A DNA stretch of 63,802 bases, the filler included, from Choristocarpus tenellus KU-1152 (lineage: Eukaryota; Protista; Phaeophyceae): NCBI GenBank assembly GCA_964200185.2. It is 8 parts of 8 records of this genome, joined end to end, with 100 filler letters (N's around TTAATTAATTAA, not from the genome) between each part and the next. Parts side by side here need not be neighbours in the genome. Positions count along the whole stretch, not along the records: positions 35,588 to 59,014 come from CAXNAD020000248.1; positions 59,115 to 63,802 come from CAXNAD020013463.1; 6 more parts are not named here. One strand, 5' to 3'. Below the pieces are notes generated by a model. That model had not been told where the DNA came from, searched no databases, and saw only the letters and a list, made by a program, of their open reading frames with translations. Of this stretch, positions 54,001 through 63,802 are shown one piece after another. Position 1 is the stretch's first letter. Each line of letters opens with the position of its first letter. The translations under genes were made by a program, and so were the position numbers.

Positions 54001-54811
54001 AGCATTTTTTGCAGAGAAGGATGTCTTGGATGGTGCTTCCGAAGAGGATGCAATAGCCTTAAAAGAGGCCTTGGATGAAAACGAAAAGGTGATCTTCTAT
54101 TAGAATTTTTTTGTGATAGCCTACGGCACAGCATGATACATCAAGCAGATGCAACTGATGCAAAGTGAAGTTATTGATCTATTGCTGTACAAAGGATGAT
54201 GTTATGTTTATAGTGTTGAGATATATTGTACATGCATGTAGCATTTCTACCATCGGAGTAGCTAAGTAATTTTTTCTAACAAATGGGATGCTTTCCCCCT
54301 AAGATATCTGCTATCTCTTCAATGTTAGATCAGTCCTTAGATGAGGTTCAGTAAGATTCTTTGAAGTCCCTGTTTGTACATAAATGGTGTTGACCTGGTA
54401 TCTGCATCTGTAGAGTAGTTTATTTTTTGTACTACTCAAAGTTTACTCTTATGAGTAGGAAAAGCTAATAGTTGTCAAGTGCCAATATAGTATTGCTATG
54501 TACTCATCACTTTCATGTAGAAATTACTGCTTTTGCATTAGTAGAGAGATGACACCTTGTCAATATGTTTTCAGTCGTTTCCATGTACTCTATGTGTAAA
54601 CCAACTCTTTCTCAAACAGGTGCCTGACTTCATGGTTAGAATATTCAAGGGACAACACCATGGCTTTGCACACCGACCACAAAAGGAAGACAGGGAAGAT
54701 GCCGAGGATGCCATGCTCCTAGCCACCTCATGGCTTGAGGCATACCTAGAAAAGCGTTTACGACCCAGTGGTGGGCGAGTGAAGCACACAAATAAGTCAT
54801 TATGGAAGTAG
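51057..54811 (+). CDS. Plastid-targeted SAP-domain dienelactone hydrolase (carboxymethylenebutenolidase-like alpha/beta hydrolase)
   Basis: Phase-consistent exons 51057-51159, 51329-51496, 51794-52575, 52885-53008, 53913-54088 and 54620-54811. The signal peptide ends VCA|FTP. SAP domain MTVVNLKAELKARGLKQVGCKADLVRRM. DLH motifs VILSDVYGW, LPDMFRG, GFCFGG (Cys), AEKD (Asp) and HGFAHR (His). Confidence 0.92.
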
Positions 54812-54935
54812 ATCCATTAAGTATGTCCAATAGCAGTAATTTTTGTAGATTTATTCAATGGAGTTGATAGTGGCTCAAGCTCTCTGATGTGGTCCTTGAA
54901 CAGACTCCCCATTCATACCTCTTTTTCTCAGTACA

Positions 54936-56700
54936 TCAAACGCAGTATGAAGATGGCAGTCTCTTCTGGTTGTATACCTGGAAGAGGGTTCTTTGCACTC
55001 CTATGGTGGAGCTTACAATATTCTCCAAACTGTATGTATTCTGTGTGTCACTGTAATGCAAGGGACAAAGTAGGTCTTCTGTCTGACTCGTTGAAGTATA
55101 GTAATTTAAGTACTCATCCCAAAAGACGTTGCAGCTGCTCCCTGCTCGCATACAGGAAGAATGTCATAAGTCAAATTATCCCTTTTTGTGGTACATCCGG
55201 ATTTGGGGGGAGGCTTAGGGTTTGGGTCACTATTGCTGAAATTGATTTCTATTTTCAAGATGCTTGATCCAAACCTCTCCACAGTGCCTTGATGAAGAGG
55301 CTGAGAAAGTTGACGGCTTCATAGACTTCTCCAATCTCTGCTGGAGAATGCTAACGAGGTTGGGTGAGTTTTTTCCTGCTTCAAGATTGTATACCTCTTC
55401 GTACATGGACTGCCCCTTGCCCTTCAAGGGTGCTCTTTTTAGTTCTGGGGATTTCACTCCTGTATCTTAGATTATGCTGAGTCCCTTGTGTATGGTATAG
55501 ACGTGATGGAGAGTGACATGCAAAGGGTAAAACAAAGACATTCTCATTCTACATTTGCCTCTCTGGGAATGGTCAGGCCTGCTTGTGGCATGCACCTGTA
55601 CAACATACAGAATATAGGATTGGTGTGGCTGTGTTGCGTGATGAAGAGAGAGTCAATGGAAGTGACGTCAGAGTCAATTGCACGTGAATGGTTTCTTGAT
55701 CCTGTCGCTTCTGGTGTTTGTCCTTTATTCTCCATGCCTCGGGATCATCTAGGTACCGACAAAGGTAAGGTTCTGCCGTTCTTTCTCTGTGACTCTCTGC
55801 ATCATGTGACCACCCTACAGGTTGGAAATCCTATGTGTGTAAGAGTTCACCTGTAACTAACAGCCATAATCAAGGGGTGAACTTATCAAATCATACAACA
55901 GCAGAAGCATCGCTAGATAATTTGATAAGAACGTGCGAAAATGAAGTACAAGGTTGTAGTACAAATGTGTGTGGAACTGGTAATACCCTGGGCAAGACTT
56001 GGCCAATGAAAATTTCCGAAGTTGAAGGTGCCCACGGTTGGAGTAACACATATGCGTGAGACCAAGAGCTGGTACGTACAAGTTAAGGTGAGCACACGAT
56101 TTGAGACATTGCCAGCAGACCTGCAATTCGTAGAAGAGGAAGTAACTGTATCTACTGTTCAGAGCTGGCTCAACCTCGAAATCGAATTGTCTTAAACATT
56201 GCCAAACAATGGACTGGCCCCGAAGGTCGAAGATGTCAGGTGACGGCTACAAAGTAATTCGGATATTGACTGCCTGCCAGCGAGGTCTGCCTTTTCTGCC
56301 GTCCTTGACTGCTGTGTGAAGATGTCGGAAATATTGGTAGGATTTTTCGATACACCTCTTTCTAAAACCAACGGTATCAGAAAATGTAAGCAAAGATGAG
56401 TCATTACATCCTCGTGACCCTGGGGCCTTACAGGTTTCATGTGTCCGGTTGGTTCGTTGCCTTGATGTCTGGTGTTTGTGTGGATGAGTGTGCACTATCA
56501 GAGTGGACGGCATCCATTCGTAAATGGTGTACTGTGTGCATAGATAGGTTTCTACATATATATATATATATGTATATATATATGGAAAGGCGTTCCTAAC
56601 AGTGATGCGCCATGCAATACCCTTGTTTGGATATGCACATGTGGAGGATCTCAATCGCAACCCATCACCTGACATCTTTGCTGAATAATGTCTAGTCCAA
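54936..56700 (-). CDS. Possible multi-exon gene of unknown function
   Basis: Several short minus-strand open segments follow AG acceptors (about 55135, 55465, 55748, 56120 and 56360). No recognisable domain, and the model could not be resolved. Confidence 0.28.
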
Positions 56701-58979
56701 GAGAAAATCATCGAGGAAATGGGGTGAAGATTTCGCTATGTAACAGACAACAGAGGTTACACAACCAACGAGGTCGACCATATTTGGTGGACACGAATGT
56801 TACGAGTTTCAAGTGAGTACAAAGGACGTATCTTCCTTTATTTTGACATTATTTATTTTTTCCTCCACCAAACCTCTCCCATTTCTAGCTTCATTTATTG
56901 AAATACCAAACAAATAGTTCTAATGTCTGAAAGAAAAATAGAGTCGAAGTATATTCCTTCTCAAAAATGAACATTCAGGACAACGTCATGATGTGTAGAC
57001 TTCCTAAAATGTTATCCTCCAACCGAGCCAAATCAATTGAGAGGTAGGTAAGTTTGGACCCTTCTGCATTCCAAGTCGGATTCTTACTATTATGTGCAAT
57101 AATACACTATTTCATTGCTTCATGTGCACAATATTTGTGCCCAAAATTGATATTTTCCCTTTCCACACAAAATGTGACACCAAGTCGAAGTAAACGAGAG
57201 GTACGCAGGCAGGGTTGCATTTAAGGGCGGTGTAAATATGTCCAAATTTTAGGTCATTACACAAATAAATGCGTGTAGGGAATTTTCTGAGTCCATCAAA
57301 AAATCAGAAATTATACAGAAATACAGAAATCAACACTCCTCAATCTCACTGCATTATCCATAGAAGAAATGTGAGTGAATTGGAAAAAAATTAAGTCTGG
57401 GTTAAAATGTAAAACGGTCAAAACCTGGGCACCTCTCATATACTTTGACTTACTACAATTCAGCATAATAGGCTTCTTCTCCAATTATTGTACAAATGAA
57501 ACCTTTGACCCGTTGTCGAGATCCTTAACGTGCAACCCTGCCTACCTCTCTGTTGCTTTAACTCAACAGTATGAATTAGAGTTGGGTTGGAGCCAAAGCA
57601 AACAAGAGTTGCCCAAAGTTGCATTAAATGGTGCTTACAAATATATATACAAATTTTGGCTTCTTTTACAAATGCGTTTTGAATCTTCTCTTAATCTTGT
57701 TGAAAAGATCCAAACAATAGAAAAACCAACGGTCTCAAGTCAAACTTAGCACTTCACCCATAGAAATGTGGGTGAATTGCAATAGATTGGAAAAACTGAC
57801 TCCATATGCAAAATTGCAAAAAAAATGGATACCTCTCGTTGACTCTGGCACTTGGATACCAATGGTTTTCATGAGGGGCAGGCTTTGGTACACATGCCAA
57901 TGCCAGCAATCCGTCGACACAACCTATCGCATGTGATAATGGAGAAGTGCAGTTCGTAGAATCTGATAGGCAAACACGATTTGCTAAAACGTTTTGACAC
58001 CTTTGTGTGCGATACGACTTTATCCCTCCATTTATTTTCCTCTGAAATTTTCCAGATGTGTCAGGGGGGAAAAAAATTAGAACTATTCACATGTCAGTAT
58101 AAGACCTAAATAAAGAAGTATCTATTTGCTATTTTACTCTGTTATATCACTACCTTCCTGCGCCTCCAATCTACCTATCATCCCTCCATCATTTAGGTCG
58201 CTTTTCTTTTAGCGAGTGTACGCATGTTCACAGTCGTTCTATCGACATGCTTGTTGAGAGTTCTTAACGAACGTAACAATCTGTCATGGTAGCCAAAATG
58301 ATGGTATATTAGTGTAAGGAGTAAACTGGGGTACTTGAGTCCATTCGCAAACACAAACGTGTTCGGGATGTTAAGAAAATGAAGTCAAACATTTTCTGGA
58401 CAAAGAAAGAATGTTACAGAGTGAATGGACTCAAACGTTTGCTCGACAACAGATGTTACAACAGAACAAAGGGAACCAAACATTGCGTTGGCTACAAATG
58501 CTATGCGTACTCCTTGTGCAAGACAACAGAATTACAGAGCGAAATGCCCTACTACTGTTGTTTGTGCTGCGAAACATTCATTATATAGCCCAAATGAACA
58601 TTTCGTAGCCAAATATTCCAGGGGTAACAACGGAATTGAGTGCTACGTTGTTCGAGTTATGGAGTTGTTTGAAGATAGTACTTCATAGGAGTACATAAAT
58701 AACTGCAACCTACACTGTCAAAAATGGACCTCCTCTTCTTGCACGGCCCATTGGCGCAAGCGATTGCGATCATGTGCGCGAAGGATGATCGTCAATATAT
58801 CATACTTTCTACTATCGTGCGGACTCATGGATACACAGGAATCTCTCGCTTTCGGTGATACATACCTACGTAGTAAGTTGCTTCCCAGTTCCTTAGAAAG
58901 GTGACTTGGCTCGCAGAACATAGGCTGTGTAAGGCAACTACTACTAGTGATGTGGTAATGATATTGCTGTATACCTATT

Positions 58980-59014
58980 GGATCCAAGTATCTGGGGGCG
59001 GGGGGCTACAACAG
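58980..59014. mobile_element. MITE terminal fragment at contig end
   Basis: GGATCCAAGTATCTGGGGG matches the family TIR. Confidence 0.65.
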
Positions 59015-59114
59015 NNNNNNNNNNNNNNNNNNNNNNNNNNNNNNNNNNNNNNNNNNNNTTAATTAATTAANNNNNNNNNNNNNNNNNNNNNNNNNNNNNN
59101 NNNNNNNNNNNNNN
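59015..59114. other. Artificial contig spacer
   Basis: 44 N + TTAATTAATTAA + 44 N. Confidence 0.98.
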
Positions 59115-60199
59115 AAATATATAAAAATATATAAAAATATATAAAAATATATACATATATTCCTTTTTTCTTCTAATGTGACCCTTGTGTGTTTATGGCG
59201 TCTGCAACACTATACTGTTGAGGAGAAGCGCTCCTACTAGATCACAAGCAGACATGATGTTTTGCCTTAAATATTTAGGATTAATCTGGGGCATGTTTAC
59301 ACCCTTGCCATACTTGCCCTGTTTCGTTGTTGAGTGTTGTGCTAGCTGTACGCATGCAGAGGTGGGATGATTAGGGTTAGGGATTTGGAAAGTGCTTTTT
59401 GCCATGTTTTTGTATGTTTTCAAGACAGTACAAAATTGATGAAAGAGCCAGAGTAACTTTAGTACCCAAGAGGAGGTCGGGGATGAGTTGTTAGGGCCCC
59501 TCTGACTTTCTGGTGGCACATGATTTTTGAGCTGACAGTCCACAGGTGTGTAGTGTATTTTGGCTGTTTTGTGGATACGTATATTTTTCAGAGAACAAGT
59601 TATCGTTATCGATGCCCTCTTTTGAATGTTTTCATGTTGAGAACCCCCTTGAAGACCTCATCATGCCAAAGTACACCTCCCTCTCAGCTACCTTTGACTC
59701 GAAGTCTGTGGCAACCCTAAGTCACAGATCAGCATTTGTCTCAAAGAGCAGGGGTCTTGACTCATAACGTCTGCTCCTCTCTGCGAAAACGCCACCCATA
59801 GTTTAGACAGACAATAGTAGTGCTTTGGTATGTACTAAAAAATGATCTATTTTCCGAAATTTGCAGTTGCCTGTTCTATACCCACATACGGCAACATGTA
59901 TTTTCACTTCTTCCCTCCTCAATACAAGAAATCTGCAATGTGTTAGCAGGAATCATGTATGTATCTATATTTTCTCTTCTCTCGTTCTATCGTTATTGGC
60001 AAGACCGTTGAGGAGCCGATCCTCTGTCAGTCACATACACACACACACATGTGTATGCAGATATAGTCATGATTATCATTGTTATCATTGTTATCATTGT
60101 TTATGTATTTATTTATTACTTCCTCGTACACTCATGTATATATATATATGTATGCATACTTCATCATTCATTTAAAAAAAAATGATGCCATCACTGGTA

Positions 60200-60342
60200 T
60201 GTACCTTAGTTCATTTTATGCTGGTGAATTCAAGTTAAAACACACTTTTTGCTAGTACCTTAGTTCATTTTATGGTGAATTCATGTTAAAACGCACTGCT
60301 TACTAGTATCTTTGTTAATTTTATGCTGTTGAATTCTAGTTG
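60200..60342 (+). repeat. About 50-bp degenerate tandem triplication
   Basis: Three TAGTACCTTAGTTCATTTTATGCTGGTGAATTC-like units. Confidence 0.7.
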
Positions 60343-60476
60343 CTTAGCCAATAGTATATATATTTATATATTTAATGCAGCAGTATTGCAGTCAGTGACG
60401 TAATTAATCACTTTATAAAAAGAATAGAAACAAAAAAATATGTTCTCTTGCATACGATCACCTGCACAATGTTCAG

Positions 60477-63122
60477 GTCATGCAGCGCGTCATCAGTGCC
60501 CTCCACAGGAAGCAACATGCCCTTCTTGAGAGTCCCACTGGCACCGGGAAGTCCGCTGCCCTCCTCTGTTCCACGTTGGCTTGGCAGGTGGGTCTTAAAT
60601 ACGGCAGGGACCTACTACGTAGAACTGGAGTGTACAGTGTGTCAAGCGTGCTTGATGTTCTAACCCTAACCCTAAGCATGCTTGGGGGTGTGTAGGAGTC
60701 ACACACGCCTTCCTTTGTACATAAACGTTTGTGTGTCTCGGCCTACAGTGGGGAGTTGTGTGGTCATACAGAAAGTAGTGTACAGTGTAGCAGAAGAGGA
60801 TGGGTGGGGATTGCTTCCGATTGTAGTATTCGAGGGGTCTGACAAGGGGTCTGACAAGGGGTCTCCAAACCCTAACCCTGAACCCTGACCCAACACAAAC
60901 ACAGACACACAGACACACACATATGCCAGAGTGACAGAATTAGGTATACCCCCAACTGCACAATCTAAATCCATCATACCGATGTCGGTTTCTTTTCACA
61001 CCATTTGTACAGTTTTTCTTGGTTAAATGATAATTTTTAAAAGGTGTATCTACTACCATGTGTCCCTTGGCTTGGTCTACTGTGGGGAAGAAAGTGTGTG
61101 TGTATCTTTGTTGTCTCTTTGACTTGATTCAATTTGGCATGGCAATTTGGCATGGCTGTAGATGACAACGTAATTTATGCGTGTCACCCTGCAAGGAGGA
61201 GTGCTGCTCTCTGCCCCCTGAGGAATTTTCTTGTGGTGCCTGGGTCTCTATTTCTATTTTTTAAAGAATTTTCTGTGGCATGCAGGTGTCATTACCACCA
61301 GGAAGTGAATGTAGCCAAGAAATCAATGACCCGCGCACCAATTTTGAGGACGAATCAAAGATTCCCTTCAACCAAATATTTTTTGGGGATTAGCGGATCA
61401 GTAGGCGTTTAAAAGGTATACCTCAATATACATACACATCCTCATGGTGGTACAATGTGCATTGGATACTGGGTAGTATTTGTTCTGTTCACACTAGTCT
61501 GTTCATACTAGTCATACCATTCCATCGACTCCACCAGTACTACAACATTGCTTCCTTGATCACTGCTACCAATTTGTTTGAAGTGCAATACTGTACACAA
61601 TGAATTGTTTGTGAGGCAAGAGAGTGTTTTTTTTTTGTCTAGGGTGCTCGGATTGATTTTTTTTTTTAAATCTTTTTGTAGGGGTACACGTGCAAAATGC
61701 CTGAGGACGTTTAGGTGTTGTTTAGGTGTTGTTTAGGTGTCTACCTGTGCGATTGTGTGTATGCTTGACGGATGAAGATGGAGAGGTACCCTATCTTAGA
61801 GAGGGGTCTATCCAGACCCTCCCCCTTTTTATCATTTTGTGCTCTTACGTATCTTCTGTGTCTTCTGTGTCTTCTGTGTCTTCTGCCTGACACCTACCTA
61901 CTCGCCCCTGAAGTGAAGCTAACACCCCTTTAAAGAGCTATCACTGCAGAATAGGATAAGAATGTCTGCCCACATAGGCAAGTGCAAAGTTGTGGTTGAA
62001 AGGGCTAGAATCACGCATAGCCATTCTATACGCAGTCATAGGAGCCCCAAAATACTTCACGGCACTCCTCTCTAAGGTAGGATGGCTCTGGAGCGATTCA
62101 TATATTATAATTATAGACATCGTAGTTGATAGTGCTTGGCTCTGGAGCGATTCATATGTTATAATTATAGATATCGCAGTTGTTAGTGCTTACGCAGCAT
62201 GCAAGTCCAACAAATTTATTGGCAGACCCAGGAAGATAGAACAGCAACAGACAAACACAAACGCTATGTCCTATAGTGGAGTGCTGCCCATGTTTGCGAT
62301 ATTGTCGCCTTTGCTTCACATATGTGTCGGTGATGCTTTCCCTTGCTATGTTTTTTTTTTTGGCGGTGTGGTACTTGTACTACACCAAGGCAACGCCTAC
62401 TTAATTCTGAGTTGTCATCAACCTGTGCGTGTGATTGGTCGATAGCATATGTCTCTCCTGTGCTTCATCTAATAACTATGCAGGATATGGTGTCCAAGGG
62501 TGATAGAGCCAGTATGTCTGCTTGATATATTATTGACAACCAAGTACTGCATGACTCGATGTGTACATATATATATATATATACATACATGCATACACAT
62601 ATTATGTGAATATATGTACCACTATGGTACTATCACTGCCCCCCCGTGAGAGTCGCCTTCCCCAGTACTTCAAAGGTAGATCAATATGATACTAGGTGCT
62701 TCACTGTGTGTAAGTGTATTTTGCTGTGATAAATAGCAGATCAACTGTGCAGTCAGTTTTGAGTGTCTCCTTTACTTGGCGTATGCCCAGTCTAACCACT
62801 TACCAAACTCAGGACGTCATATTTATTAATGAGTTAGTTATTTGAGCGTGTGTTTCCTGTGTGATGATATGAGATGATTACTAAAAGGCCATTTCCTCAG
62901 GAACCCCCCCCACCCCCCCCAAATGTCCTATTTTCCCACTATTTTAAAAAGGACTGTTCCTATCCCGTTCCTTTGAAATATTGGAAGAAATCCTATATAT
63001 ATATATTTTCTTTGCAAAAACCTGGTTGTTTGGAACAGACCTTATTCTATTTTATGTTTCCTGTGTGAGGATATGAGATAATTACATCAAATGTGTACTT
63101 TTATTTTGTTTATATATTTGTG

Positions 63123-63164
<42 letters not shown>

Positions 63165-63325
63165 CCCCTCTCTGTATGGACATGCATGCAGCGGGATGAG
63201 CTGGTGAAGACAGGAAAAGCTCCCCAGATCATCTATGGATCCCGAACACATGCACAACTCAAACAGATGGTGGTGGAGCTGCGAAGGTCGCCCTACAGGC
63301 CCACAATGGCTTTGCTAGGTTCAAG
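60477..63325 (+). CDS. XPD-family Fe-S DEAH helicase (FANCJ/RTEL1-like), two N-terminal exons
   Basis: Exon 60477-60587 reads [37 protein letters not shown] (Walker A). Exon 63192-63325 reads [35 protein letters not shown] (motif Ia). The join is phase 0; the rest of the gene is outside the contig. Confidence 0.9.
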
Positions 63326-63802
63326 GTCAGCCAAACTTCTTCCTAATCTTCCCCTTCTTCTTTATGATAGCATCAGAATAATGTTAATAATATATATAAT
63401 AGTATTAATAATGGTAATATTAATTATAATAGTAATAGTCATAATAGTAATAATAACATTATATTGCTGCAATTATTATTACTGCTACTTATACTTTTGT
63501 GTGATACTGAGGTAGAATAGAAGTTGAAGTGCATGCAGTCTGCTCTCCTTATGGTCTGGTACATTATATTCTTTTCTTCTTGTTCTGATATGTCAAATAA
63601 ACTGAATATGCTAATTAGACTGAATATGCCAATTAGACTGCGTAGCATCCACACCTGCTGTGTTACTCTAATGTTTTTGACTAGAGGTTGTTGTACATAC
63701 ACACCCAACTAAACCTTACATTGATGCTGAGGGGGGGGGGGGGGGGGGGGGGGAAGAAAAAAAAAAAAAAAAAAAAGGAAAAAATAAACCACAAAAAAAA
63801 AA

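Overview
Eukaryotic, intron-rich DNA, not prokaryotic. It is most consistent with a photosynthetic stramenopile such as a brown alga (inference from GT-AG introns up to about 6 kb, an ASAFAP-type plastid presequence and TTAGGG repeats). The window is 8 contigs joined by artificial 100-bp spacers (44 N + TTAATTAATTAA + 44 N), so linkage across spacers is unproven. Manual splicing gives these genes: the 3' part of a DUF179/AlgH gene (-), an F-box + XPA-like zinc-finger gene (-), an intronless ankyrin gene (-), a terminal EF-hand exon (-), a two-pore channel (TPC) gene truncated by a contig end (-), a plastid-targeted SAP + dienelactone hydrolase gene (+) head-to-head with the TPC, and two exons of a FANCJ/RTEL1-type helicase (+). 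Non-coding features are a roughly 175-190-bp MITE family with 3-bp TSDs, eroded Copia/LINE remnants, many minisatellites and dozens of short interstitial TTAGGG tracts. The most notable observations are the F-box-XPA fusion (possibly extending to DUF179), 16 in-frame 5' splice sites in tandem in the TPC gene, a telomeric tract at a 3' splice site, an atypical TPC filter, and a tandem repeat encoding an RT-like YADD motif. No rRNA, tRNA or CRISPR array was recognised.
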